64,000 nt of DNA, from NCBI GenBank assembly GCA_041424235.1, contig JBGMOD010000018.1:5617-69616 (forward strand), given 5' to 3'. Below the pieces are notes generated by a model. It did no database searches. It was not told where the DNA came from and saw only the letters and a program-made list of their open reading frames with translations. Positions 1 to 8,962 of the stretch are shown in pieces. The DNA is from Hyphomicrobiales bacterium (lineage in GTDB: Bacteria; Pseudomonadota; Alphaproteobacteria; Rhizobiales; Xanthobacteraceae). The position numbers and the translations under genes were made by a program. How positions within the stretch are numbered: position 1 is the stretch's first letter; each line of letters opens with the position of its first letter.

Positions 1-1157
1 TAGCGGCTGCCGTCGGGCAGCTCCACGATCTGGCGCAGCAGGCGGTCCGGAGTGTCGAAGGTGGAGTGCACATTCCAGAGGGGACAGGTGCCGCCGAACT
101 TCGAGAACGGGAAGGTGCCGGACGAAAAACGCTTGGAGACGTTGCCGGCGTTGTCCACCCGCAGCAGGAAGAACGGCACGCCGCGGGCGTTGGGGCGCTG
201 CAACGTCGTGAGGCGGTGGCACACCTGCTCGAAGCTGGCATTGAAGCGCTGCGCGATCACGTGCACGTCGTAGCCCAGCGTCTCGGCGGCGGCGTGCACC
301 TCCTGGTAGGGCATCATGGCGGCGGCGGCGAAGTAGTTGGCGAGCGTCATGCGGTAGAGCCGGCGCGCGCCGTCCTCCAGCGGGCCGGCGCGGTTGACGA
401 TGGCGTCGACGATGGAGTTGAACTCGGCGAGCGCGAGCTGGAAGCCGAGATGAAAGGCGCGGCTCGGCAGGTCCACCAGTTCGGAGATCAGCAGTTGCCG
501 GCGGTGGCGGTCGAACCGGCGCAGCGTCTCGCGCATCACGTCCAGCGGCATGATGCGCACGGTGATGGAGTGTTTTTCACGCAGCCGCGCGCTGAAGGCG
601 GCGAACAGTTCCTGCGGCGCGGCGTTGAGCTCGTCGCGCAGCGTCTCCGCCGCCTGCTCGAGCTCCGGGAAATAATTGCGGTTGGCTTCGATGAGGTCGC
701 GCACCCGCTCGATCGGGTTGGCTTCGTACCGCGCGCCTTCGTCGCGGTCGGCCATCTGCGCCGCCACCATGGTCTCGCCGCGGCGCGCCTCGGTGTAGGC
801 GGCGTAGAGCCGCTGCAATGAGTGGGTGACGCCGGGGCAGAGCTCGGCGAGGTCGCGCAGCTCCTGCTTGGGCAAATCGATCTGGCGGAACAGTGGATCG
901 GAAAAGATCTCGTTCAGCTCGGCGAAGAAGCGGTCTTCGTCGGCGGTGGCGAGGTCGCGCAGATCGAGGTCATAGGTCTCCGCCAGCCGCAGCAGGATCT
1001 GCGCCGTCACCGGGCGCTGGTTGCGCTCGATCAGGTTGATGTAGCTGGGCGAAATCCCCAGCCCCTCGGCGATCTGGGTCTGCGACAGCCCCAGTTGCTG
1101 GCGAATCCGCCGGAAACGGGGGCCGACGAACAGCTTCTTGCCGGTATCCGAGGGCAT
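1..1157 (-). CDS. ScfR/RamB-type XRE-HTH short-chain fatty acyl-CoA regulator (3' end beyond window edge)
   Basis: Manual translation from ATG at 1157: MPSDTGKKLFVGPRFRRIRQQLGLSQTQIAEGLGISPSYINLIERNQRPVTAQILLRLAETYDLD...NRNYFPELE, typical of the family. Not in the ORF track because it runs off the edge. Confidence 0.9.
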   Translation of the reverse strand, partial: MPSDTGKKLFVGPRFRRIRQQLGLSQTQIAEGLGISPSYINLIERNQRPVTAQILLRLAETYDLDLRDLATADEDRFFAELNEIFSDPLFRQIDLPKQELRDLAELCPGVTHSLQRLYAAYTEARRGETMVAAQMADRDEGARYEANPIERVRDLIEANRNYFPELEQAAETLRDELNAAPQELFAAFSARLREKHSITVRIMPLDVMRETLRRFDRHRRQLLISELVDLPSRAFHLGFQLALAEFNSIVDAIVNRAGPLEDGARRLYRMTLANYFAAAAMMPYQEVHAAAETLGYDVHVIAQRFNASFEQVCHRLTTLQRPNARGVPFFLLRVDNAGNVSKRFSSGTFPFSKFGGTCPLWNVHSTFDTPDRLLRQIVELPDGSR

Positions 1158-1166
1158 GTGGCAGCC

Positions 1167-1243
1167 TTTACAACAGTTTTGACAACGCTCGTGTTGTGAC
1201 AATTTTTACAAATTGACATTTATTACAAGTATGGATGTTACAT
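1167..1243. promoter_or_regulatory. Array of T(T/G)ACAA-like direct repeats; probable ScfR/RamB operator and divergent promoters
   Basis: AT-rich spacer containing TTTACAA, TTGACAA, GTGACAA, TTTACAAA, TTGACA, ATTACAA and GTTACA. Confidence 0.6.
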
Positions 1244-1352
1244 CTGATCACTGTTTGGAATCAAGCCATCTATCGCTTTGCCGCGTTCTGGGGTTATCTC
1301 TCCGTCACGTTTCGCGGCGCACTTGTCACGAATGTCGCTTCAGGAGGCTACC

Positions 1353-1559
1353 ATGCACGGAACACATTTTTGGGTTGTCGGCGGTGAATTTCGCTCTCTG
1401 AACTTCCACACGCTCGTGCATGGAAGCGCCGAGGTGAAGGGCCCGTTCCCCTCGCGCCGTGAGGCCGAAGAGGCCTGGCGCACCCTGTCGGAGCAGAACC
1501 GGCATCGCTGCAACGTCCGTTTCTCGATCGTGGAAGAGCCGCGCCGCGCGGTGGCCTGA
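1353..1559 (+). CDS. DUF4170-like small protein
   Basis: AGGAGG RBS; FWVVGGEFRSLNF...GPFPSRREAEEAWR pattern. Confidence 0.75.
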   Translation: MHGTHFWVVGGEFRSLNFHTLVHGSAEVKGPFPSRREAEEAWRTLSEQNRHRCNVRFSIVEEPRRAVA

Positions 1560-1645
1560 GCGATTAAGGGCTGATCGCCCCCGCGTGAACGCCGCAGCAA
1601 GCGGCGGACGGGGCGGGCGGGATTTTCGAAGGAAGCTATCCAAGG

Positions 1646-1690
1646 AGGCAACGGCCTCGTCCGGTTTTCCGGGCGGGGCCGTTTCTTGTT
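1646..1690 (+). terminator. Putative intrinsic terminator
   Basis: aacggcctcgtccgg-tttt-ccgggcggggccgtt hairpin followed by a T-rich tail. Confidence 0.5.
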
Positions 1691-1720
1691 CGCGCGGGAT
1701 GAATTGCGGTTGAATCAGCT

Positions 1721-1830
1721 CCGTCATCCTGAGGTGCGCGCTCTTGCGCGCCTCGAAGGACGACGGCCGCTGACTCTCGGGCCGTCGTCCTTCGAGGGCC
1801 GCGCTACGCACGGCCACCTCAGGATGACGG
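1721..1830. repeat. REP/RIME-like palindromic intergenic element, family A
   Basis: ccgtcatcctgagg...cctcgaaggacgacggcc / ggccgtcgtccttcgagg...cctcaggatgacgg long inverted repeat. Confidence 0.85.
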
Positions 1831-1900
1831 ATTACATGGGCCGAGCCTTATCTTGTCGTGCGTGTCTCGTTGTGCGTGCGTCTTGCTCTTGCCTCGCTGC

Positions 1901-3664
1901 TCAGCGCACGAACGAGAACAGCATGCGCCGGAGCACGCGGGCGACGTGGACGCCGTGGCGGCCGTGGTGGCGGGCGTAACGTGCATAGCGCCGGCCGGTC
2001 GGGCGGGTCTCGCGGGTGGTGTCGGCTTGGGCGACCGGCGGCGGCGCTGCGAGTTGCGCGCTGTCCGGTTGCGCGGCGCGGCCGCGGCGGCCTGTGGGCG
2101 GCGGCAGGGCGGCGACGAGCTGCTGGGCGCCGACGGTGTCGAACGAGACCTTCTGTTCCTCGTTGAGGGTGGCGTAGACGTCGTCGAGCGCGGCGTGCAC
2201 GGTTGTCACCGCCTGCAGCATGGTGTCGAGCCGCTGGCCGATCGCCGCAAGCCGCGCCGGCGGGGTCGCGGCGTTGCCGGCGCAGGTGGTCGCCAGCATG
2301 TCGGCGGCCTTGGTCGTGGCGTTTTGCAGGGCGGTGAACTTGTCGCGCTGCGTGTCGGTGGGGGCGACCGCCTGGGTGATCATGGCCGCCGGCCACGCGG
2401 TGACGCCGCTGTCCGGCCGCGCGGTGGCGCAGTTCGCTACGGTCGCCGGATCGCCGGGGGGTTGCGCAGTGGTTTGCGGCGTAGCTTGCGCGTTGACTGG
2501 CGCGTTGACTTGCGTGACGGCCTGCGGCGTCCGCGATGCGGCCAGAGCCTTGTCACTCGCCGCACGTTGTGCGGCGGCGATGCCGTCGAATTGCAGCTTC
2601 TGCTGTTCGCTCAAGGGGCCGTAAAACGCGTCCAGCGCCGGTTGCAGGGTCTGCACCGCCGAGATCATCGCCTCGAGGCGGCTCTGCATGATGGCGAGGC
2701 GGCGTGGCGCGGTGAGCACCATGTCGGTCGGGCAGGCGGCCTGCAAAATCAACGAGGCTTTGGCGGAGGCGTCCGCGAGACCATCGAGGGCGGTGCGCTG
2801 CTGCTCGCTGGGCTGGATCGCCTGGGCGATGGTGTCCACCGGCAGGCCGGCGATGCTGCGGCTGGCATCACCGCACAGTTGTGCGAGGCTGTTCTGGTCG
2901 TCCTTGTCGATGCCGGCGGCGGTGGCGGCTTCCGCGGCGCCGCTGACATTGCGCGCGGCGCGCAGGTGCGTGGCGTAGCCGGTGAGATCGTCATAGGCGT
3001 AGGGCCCGAACAGGGCGGCGTGCAGATCCGGATAACCGTAGCTCCAGAAGGTGGGATCGGTGTCGTTGCCCCACAGCGCGGCGTTGGAGATGTCGTAGAA
3101 GGCGAACGGCCAGAACACCGGGCCGACCCAGCCATAGCCGCCATTGCCGTGACGCCACCAGCCGTGGCCGCCGCGGTGCCAGGCGACGGTGGCGAGCGTC
3201 GCGGTGACCAGCGCGCGGGTTTTCGGATCCTGCAGCGCTTGCGTCGAATGCAGCGCCTGGTGAATCTGCGGATCGTGCAGCGCGCCGCGCACGGCGGCGG
3301 CGCTCCAGCGCATGTGGGTGGCGCGCATGTTGAGCATCGCCGCCTGCGATCCGCTGCCGTCGGCGCGGCCCGCGAGTGAGCGCGCAAGATTGGCCCGGTC
3401 GCGCGCGCGGCCGCCGAGCGCCTTGTGGCCTTCGCCGCGTCCCTGTGCCGCCATCATCGCGGCGCCGGGAAAGCCGGCGCCGCCGGCGTCGAGGGAGTTC
3501 GTTGGGGTGTCGCCGCGCCGGTGGCGCGATGCAGCGTCGGCGTCGGCCGGCAGCAGGCTCGCGATCACCAGCGTGGCGGCGGCTGCGGCCGTGCACAATT
3601 TCAGGGATCTCAGTGGCGCGGACACGGGGCGCGGTTTTCGGGAATGAGATCCGGCGGTCAACAT
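1901..3664 (-). CDS. Spy/CpxP (LTXXQ-motif) family exported protein; true start uncertain
   Basis: Signal-like N-terminus, GWVGPVFWPFAFYD motif, repeated ..RL..M..RL..M..A....PAL..FY..L(S/N)E.QK units. Confidence 0.75.
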   Translation of the reverse strand: MLTAGSHSRKPRPVSAPLRSLKLCTAAAAATLVIASLLPADADAASRHRRGDTPTNSLDAGGAGFPGAAMMAAQGRGEGHKALGGRARDRANLARSLAGRADGSGSQAAMLNMRATHMRWSAAAVRGALHDPQIHQALHSTQALQDPKTRALVTATLATVAWHRGGHGWWRHGNGGYGWVGPVFWPFAFYDISNAALWGNDTDPTFWSYGYPDLHAALFGPYAYDDLTGYATHLRAARNVSGAAEAATAAGIDKDDQNSLAQLCGDASRSIAGLPVDTIAQAIQPSEQQRTALDGLADASAKASLILQAACPTDMVLTAPRRLAIMQSRLEAMISAVQTLQPALDAFYGPLSEQQKLQFDGIAAAQRAASDKALAASRTPQAVTQVNAPVNAQATPQTTAQPPGDPATVANCATARPDSGVTAWPAAMITQAVAPTDTQRDKFTALQNATTKAADMLATTCAGNAATPPARLAAIGQRLDTMLQAVTTVHAALDDVYATLNEEQKVSFDTVGAQQLVAALPPPTGRRGRAAQPDSAQLAAPPPVAQADTTRETRPTGRRYARYARHHGRHGVHVARVLRRMLFSFVR

Positions 3665-3932
3665 GGCGTCACCAGTTGCGGAACGAGGCCAAAATCAATT
3701 CATCTCGACGCGAATTGTTCCGGTCCTTGCCGGCTGGTTGCGGCGCGTCCGTGCCGGATTCCGCCGCACATGGCTGTCCCGCAACGGCTTTCGCCGCAAC
3801 TTGGAGGCTTGCAAGTGGTTCGGGGCCGGCCCAATTTCCCCGTCCGAAACGCCGGGGAAAATCCCCGGCTGGCATCGATCGTTTCAACGCGCCGCCGGTT
3901 TCGCCCGGGCGGCCGACAGGGGAGAGTTCAAG

Positions 3933-5063
3933 GTGGCCAACACAACCGGATTGCAATTGCGTTCGCTGATCACAAAGAGCGGCGAGCTCGAATTGTCGCT
4001 CAAACGCATGACCATTCCCGAGCCGGCCGCCGACGAGGTGGTGGTGCGCGTGGAAGGCACGCCGATCAATCCGTCCGACCTCGGGCTGTTGACCGGGCCG
4101 GCGGATCCCTCGTCGTTCAAGTCCACCGGTTCGGGCGACGACGTGGTGGTGACGGCGAAAGTGCCGGAGGCGGCGCTGGCCGGGCTTGCGGCGCGGCTCG
4201 ATGAATCGATGCCGGTCGGCAACGAAGGCGCCGGCGTGGTGATCAAGGCGGGGTCGTCGGCGGCGGCGCAGGCGCTCAACGGCAAGATGGTGGCCATGAT
4301 CGGCGGCGCGATGTATGCGCAGTACCGCGTGCTCAAGGTGGCGGAATGCCTGCCGCTGCCTGACGGCACCACCGCGGCGGAAGGCGCCTCCTGCTTCGTC
4401 AATCCGCTGACGTCGCTCGGCATGACCGAGACCATGCGGCGCGAAGGCCACAAGGCGCTGGTGCACACCGCGGCCGCTTCCAACCTCGGGCAGATGCTGA
4501 ACAAGATCTGCCTCAAGGATGGCATTGGCCTCGTCAACATCGTGCGCAATGCCGAGCAGGCGAAACTGCTGCGCGACATCGGCGCCAAGCATGTGGTGGA
4601 TTCCACCGCGGCGACGTTCACGGCCGACCTGACCCAGGCGCTGGTCGAGACCGGCGCCACCATCGCCTTCGACGCCATCGGCGGCGGCAAGCTGGCCGGC
4701 CAGATCCTCAACGCCATGGAGGCGGCGATCAACAAGACGGCGTCGAGCTACAGCCGCTACGGCTCCACCGTGCACAAGCAGGTCTACATCTATGGCGGCC
4801 TCGACACCCGCCCGACCGAACTGAGCCGCGGCTTCGGCATGGCCTGGGGCGTCGGCGGCTGGCTGCTGTTTCCGTTCCTGCAGAAGGTCGGTGCGGAGAC
4901 CGGCGCCAAGCTGCGCCAGCGCGTGGTCGCCGAACTCAAGACCACCTTCGCTTCGCACTACACCAAGGTGGTGTCGCTCCACGAAGCGCTGCAACTGGAC
5001 AACCTCGCCGCCTACAACAAGCGCGCCACCGGCGAGAAGTTTTTGATCAACCCGAACAAGTGA
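3933..5063 (+). CDS. MDR superfamily (zinc-independent type) NAD(P)H oxidoreductase
   Basis: GTG start after GGAGAG; PINPSDLG, GNEGAG, FVNPLT, HTAAASNLG, FDAIGGG. Confidence 0.85.
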   Translation: MANTTGLQLRSLITKSGELELSLKRMTIPEPAADEVVVRVEGTPINPSDLGLLTGPADPSSFKSTGSGDDVVVTAKVPEAALAGLAARLDESMPVGNEGAGVVIKAGSSAAAQALNGKMVAMIGGAMYAQYRVLKVAECLPLPDGTTAAEGASCFVNPLTSLGMTETMRREGHKALVHTAAASNLGQMLNKICLKDGIGLVNIVRNAEQAKLLRDIGAKHVVDSTAATFTADLTQALVETGATIAFDAIGGGKLAGQILNAMEAAINKTASSYSRYGSTVHKQVYIYGGLDTRPTELSRGFGMAWGVGGWLLFPFLQKVGAETGAKLRQRVVAELKTTFASHYTKVVSLHEALQLDNLAAYNKRATGEKFLINPNK

Positions 5064-5086
5064 GGCGCTCCGGCATCGTTCACGAC

Positions 5087-5120
5087 AACGCGCGGGCGTG
5101 CCCCGCGCGTTTTTTTGTTT
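5087..5120 (+). terminator. Rho-independent terminator
   Basis: aacgcgcggg-cgtgc-cccgcgcgtt followed by a poly-T run. Confidence 0.75.
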
Positions 5121-5230
5121 GATGCGGTTTCGCCGCAGTAACCGGCCTGACGCCGATGTGATCGGAGCGGCTCTATCGCCACGCGCCGCTTCGCGGCATG
5201 AGAGGCGTTCCCGTGTCCGGAGAAACCATC

Positions 5231-5692
5231 ATGATGAAATTCGCCGTGCCGCTGTTCTCCGTCGTGATCCTTGCCGCCACCTCGCTCGGCAGCGCCGCCC
5301 ATGCGACCGATGCCGTGCAGATGGAGGCCAACAAGAAAACCGTGGTCGACTTCTACGAGAAGGGCCTGAACCAGAAGGATTTCGAGGCGGCGTCGAAATA
5401 TTTCGGTCCGCAATATATCCAGCACAATCCGACCGCGCCGGACGGCCCGCAGGGCTTCAAGGGCCTGGTGGATCTGCTGCGCAGCAAGTTTCCGAACTCG
5501 CACAGCGAGATCAAGCGGGTGTTCGCCGACGGCGATTATGTGATCCTGCATGTCCACAATGTGCGCGAACCGGGCACCCGCGGCTCCGCCATTGTCGATA
5601 TCTTCCGGCTCGACCAGGGCAAGATCGTCGAGCACTGGGATGTGCGCCAGGACGTGCCGGAGCAGGCGGCCAATCCGAACACGATGTTCTGA
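5231..5692 (+). CDS. Exported SnoaL/NTF2-like protein
   Basis: Signal peptide; YIQHNP..PDG, ADGDYVILH, VDIFRLDQGKIVEHWDV. Confidence 0.85.
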   Translation: MMKFAVPLFSVVILAATSLGSAAHATDAVQMEANKKTVVDFYEKGLNQKDFEAASKYFGPQYIQHNPTAPDGPQGFKGLVDLLRSKFPNSHSEIKRVFADGDYVILHVHNVREPGTRGSAIVDIFRLDQGKIVEHWDVRQDVPEQAANPNTMF

Positions 5693-5741
5693 GTTTACGT
5701 CATCGCCGCGGGCGTAACCTGGGCGACCATTCCATCCACAG

Positions 5742-5775
5742 CCGTCATCGCCCGGCTTGACCGGGCGATCCAGTA
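5742..5775. repeat. Partial REP-like element (family B arm)
   Basis: ccgtcatcgcccggcttgaccgggcgatccagtac. Confidence 0.6.
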
Positions 5776-5815
5776 CACGCTGGCCGTTGTGGTGGACACA
5801 GACGGCGCTCGCCGG

Positions 5816-6229
5816 TCACGCCGAGCGCAGCACCGCGGCGACGCCGTGGGCTAGCAGCCGCTCGTCATGCTTCTTCCAGGCCATGGCGCGGCGCTCCGGC
5901 GTCAGCAGGCCACGCTGTTCGGCGAGGATCATCCAGGCGAACCCCCACCAGTCGGAGACCATGTCCTCATAATCGCCGAGGTCGTAGCCGTGCTTGAGCG
6001 CGTAGACGTAGGCTTTCTTGGCAGTGAGCTTGTCCAGCCACTTGTGGTCCTGCGCGCTGAGGTCGTCGTCGTCGAAGTCGTCCAGGGTGTAGCCCCAGAT
6101 GGTCTGGCAGACCCGGTTGAATTCGCGGTCGATCTCCTCGTCGACGCCCCACAGATGCAGGCGCTCGAGTTCCTCGCAGTAGAGGCTGATGTGTTTCAGG
6201 CATACTAGATCTTGTTTAAGTGCGCCCAT
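5816..6229 (-). CDS. Hypothetical acidic, Trp-rich protein (start uncertain)
   Basis: Protein-like composition and GC3-rich codons over 5816-6200; LDDFDDDDLS, DWWGFAWMIL. Confidence 0.65.
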   Translation of the reverse strand: MGALKQDLVCLKHISLYCEELERLHLWGVDEEIDREFNRVCQTIWGYTLDDFDDDDLSAQDHKWLDKLTAKKAYVYALKHGYDLGDYEDMVSDWWGFAWMILAEQRGLLTPERRAMAWKKHDERLLAHGVAAVLRSA

Positions 6230-6277
6230 GGGTCCACCTATGGTGTGAATCAGTTGGATAAGCATCCTACATAAATC

Positions 6278-6307
6278 TTGCCAATGTTCTAGGTTTGTTC
6301 TTAAGTT
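6278..6307 (+). promoter_or_regulatory. Sigma70-like promoter overlapped by an alphaproteobacterial LexA box
   Basis: TTGCCA...TAAGTT with GTTC-TAGGTTT-GTTC (6286-6300) in the spacer. Confidence 0.65.
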
Positions 6308-6356
6308 GAGCGATCTTTTTGAGAGCTTGGTGAACAGACGAACATTGCGAGGCCAA

Positions 6357-6632
6357 ATGGAGTTCGGCGGCACCCCCAACCCCAGATCCGTTGTCGCGGC
6401 GGTGCCGACGCAGGTCACCGAGCGGCAGATCTCGTCCAAGCGGCGCGACATCGCCCGCCTGCGCGACGACATTCGCCTGCAGCAGGCCGAGATGCAGACC
6501 CTGATCGCCCACGACATCGACTGCACCGGCGCGGCCACCATCCTGCTGCGGATGCGCCTGAAACTCGCGCACCTGATCGGCGAGCGCGACGCCATGATGA
6601 AGACGTTGCTGGCGCTGCCGAAGGCGGAGTAG
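6357..6632 (+). CDS. Small hypothetical helical/coiled-coil protein
   Basis: GAGG RBS, high-GC codon usage, heptad-like RRDIARLRDDIRLQQAEMQ. Confidence 0.6.
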   Translation: MEFGGTPNPRSVVAAVPTQVTERQISSKRRDIARLRDDIRLQQAEMQTLIAHDIDCTGAATILLRMRLKLAHLIGERDAMMKTLLALPKAE

Positions 6633-6757
6633 CGCGCGGCCGCTGTCGGCACCGCAAGCCCGCACCGGCTCTGGCAATCCCCGGCATCGACATCATATCA
6701 GCGTGGCGCGCCGTCCGGCCGCGCGGCCATCACCGCTGTCCCTCAGGAATCCTCGCC

Positions 6758-7258
6758 ATGTCCCTTTCCATGTACGATCTCTCGGTCCCCGCGCTGCAGC
6801 GCGGTCTCGGCGTGCTCTCCCGGTATCTGGACAAGGCGTCCGCTTACGCCACCGAGCGCGGCTTCGAGCCGTCCATCCTGGTCAATGCGCGGCTTGCGCC
6901 CGACATGCTGCCGCTGGTGGGGCAGGTGCAGCGCGCCAGCGACACCTCCAAGGGCGGCATCGCACGGCTGACCGGTCTCACCGCGCCGAGCTTTCCCGAC
7001 ACCGAGACCACGATCGACGAATTGAAGGAGCGGATCGCCAGGACGGTGGCGTTCCTGCAGACCGTCACCCCGCAACAGCTCGACGGCAGCGCGGAGCGGC
7101 TGATCGAATCCCGCGCCATCGGCACCATGCCCGGCGCAACGCATTTGCTGGGGTTCGTGCTGCCGAATTTCTATTTCCATGTTGCGACCGCGCACGCCAT
7201 CCTCCGGCACAACGGCGTGCCCGTCGGCAAGAAGGACTATCTCGGCGCCAACAGCTAG
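6758..7258 (+). CDS. DUF1993 (DinB-like) family protein
   Basis: ARLAPDMLPL..QVQRASDTSK, LPNFYFHVATAHAILRHNGVPVGKKDYLG. Confidence 0.9.
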   Translation: MSLSMYDLSVPALQRGLGVLSRYLDKASAYATERGFEPSILVNARLAPDMLPLVGQVQRASDTSKGGIARLTGLTAPSFPDTETTIDELKERIARTVAFLQTVTPQQLDGSAERLIESRAIGTMPGATHLLGFVLPNFYFHVATAHAILRHNGVPVGKKDYLGANS

Positions 7259-7276
7259 ACGATCAAGGATGTCCGA

Positions 7277-8254
7277 TCAGCGGCCTGTGCCGTCGCGCAG
7301 CTGATCGGTCGCCCGGCGCAGGATGTCGTGCAGCCAGTCCTGCGAGCGGTCGCCGCGATGGCGTTCGTGCCACAAGGCGCGAACCTCCAGGCGGGCCGTC
7401 GCATAGGACAGTTCATGGATCGCGATCGGATGGGTGCGGGCAAACGCCTGCGCGAGCGGCCGCGGCGCGATGGCCGCGAGGGCCGAGTCCTCCAGCAGCG
7501 CCGGCAGCGCCAGAAAGTGCGGCAGCGAGACCGCGATGCGGGGCACGCGTTCCGCCGTTGCAAAGGCGGCTTCGAAGGCCGCGCGGTCATACATCTCGGA
7601 CCGCCGCGCCAGCCCGCGCTCCGAGATGAAGCCGTCGACGGCGCCATCCTGTTCGCCGCCGAACGACACCACCACCAGCGGCAGCGTCGCAAGGATGTCG
7701 GCGGTGATGATGTCACGCGTCCGCGATGTCATCAGCACATCGTCGTAGCTGAACAGCAGGTCCGAGTTGAAGCGTTGCGGCACGGCGGAAAACGTGCCGA
7801 CGGCGGCATCGATCCGTCCCAGGTCGATCTGCTCGGCAAGGTCGATCCGCGTCACCGGCCGGATCACGATGTCGACCAAGGGCGCCTCCGCCTTCATGAT
7901 CTGCAGCAGGCGCGGCGCCACCACCATGGTGGTGAAGTCATTCGCCGCGATCGTGAACCGCTTGGTCGCGGTGGCCGGCGTGAAGGTCGGCGGCTCGATG
8001 GCCGTCTCCAGGGATGCGAGCGCGTTGCGGATCAGCGGCGCCATCGTCAGCGCGCGGGCGGTTGGCTGCATGCCGGACGCGGTGCGGACGAACAGTTCGT
8101 CCTCCAGCAGTTCGCGCAGGCGCGCCAGCGCGTGGCTGACCGCCGACTGGCTCAGGAACACCTTCTGGCTGGCGCGCAGCACACTGCGCTCTTCCATCAC
8201 CGCGTCGAAGACGCGGAGCAGGTTCAGGTCCAGGCTGCTGAACGACACTGGCAT
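7277..8254 (-). CDS. LysR regulator (PnbR/NahR-like), divergent from the pnbB-like gene
   Basis: LDLNLLRVFDAVMEERSVLRASQKVFLSQSAVSHALARLR HTH. Confidence 0.9.
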   Translation of the reverse strand: MPVSFSSLDLNLLRVFDAVMEERSVLRASQKVFLSQSAVSHALARLRELLEDELFVRTASGMQPTARALTMAPLIRNALASLETAIEPPTFTPATATKRFTIAANDFTTMVVAPRLLQIMKAEAPLVDIVIRPVTRIDLAEQIDLGRIDAAVGTFSAVPQRFNSDLLFSYDDVLMTSRTRDIITADILATLPLVVVSFGGEQDGAVDGFISERGLARRSEMYDRAAFEAAFATAERVPRIAVSLPHFLALPALLEDSALAAIAPRPLAQAFARTHPIAIHELSYATARLEVRALWHERHRGDRSQDWLHDILRRATDQLRDGTGR

Positions 8255-8404
8255 GGGGGCAACTGTACGCGAAGCCGCCCCATAATGCATGCGCAGGATA
8301 CGCCGGGCGGGCGAGCTGAATGGCGTTCATTCTGGTCTTGCGATCATTGCACTTCCGCGCCGCGGCCGGCGCCGCGAGTATCCGGCGACATGACGGAGAT
8401 GACA

Positions 8405-8944
8405 ATGGGACACCGTGAAGATCTGATCGCGCGCAGCATTCCGTTCCTGCAGGTGGTCAAGGACATGACGCCCGGCGCCGAGATGGAAAAATGGCTCAAC
8501 GCGACCTACGGACCGCAGAGTGACCTCTACCGGGATCTGGCGCGCCTGATCCGCCTCGGCCTGCAGGAGGGATGGGCGGCCAATGTCGAAGTGGGCGGCC
8601 CGAACTACCGGCGCAGCCGGATCCAGGAGCCGACCGCCGAGACCTTTCACTTCAGCATCACCGCGGTCTACATGGACAGCAAGGACGCGCGGGCCTTCCC
8701 TGATGAGGATGATGGCGACGTGCTGCGCGGCGACTATCACGGTCACCCGTATGGCGAATTGAACATGGTGATCCCGATCGACGCGGGCGCCGAACTCAGG
8801 GGATTGCAGGGATGGCAAGGCGCGGGCTGGACTGCCCCCGATCCCGGCAGCCGGCATTTTCCCGAGGTGAAGGGCGGCGCCCTGATTGCGCTGTTCTATC
8901 TGCCGGCGGGCCGCATTTCCTACGACTTCACGCCGCCGGCCTGA
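8405..8944 (+). CDS. pnbB: 4-hydroxylaminobenzoate lyase-like protein (DUF4863)
   Basis: EGWAANVEVGGPNYRRSRI, FSITAVYMDS, LRGDYHGHPYGELNMV, GWTAPDPGSRHFPEVKGGALIALFYLPAGRISY. Confidence 0.8.
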   Translation: MGHREDLIARSIPFLQVVKDMTPGAEMEKWLNATYGPQSDLYRDLARLIRLGLQEGWAANVEVGGPNYRRSRIQEPTAETFHFSITAVYMDSKDARAFPDEDDGDVLRGDYHGHPYGELNMVIPIDAGAELRGLQGWQGAGWTAPDPGSRHFPEVKGGALIALFYLPAGRISYDFTPPA

Positions 8945-8962
8945 CCGGCGCACGCAACGGTG

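Noticed and set aside
66-1199. Long plus-strand ORFs, and many similar antisense ORFs such as 1853-3379, 11656-13980 and 48005-49855
   Set aside because: Shadow frames of real opposite-strand genes in high-GC DNA, with no motifs.
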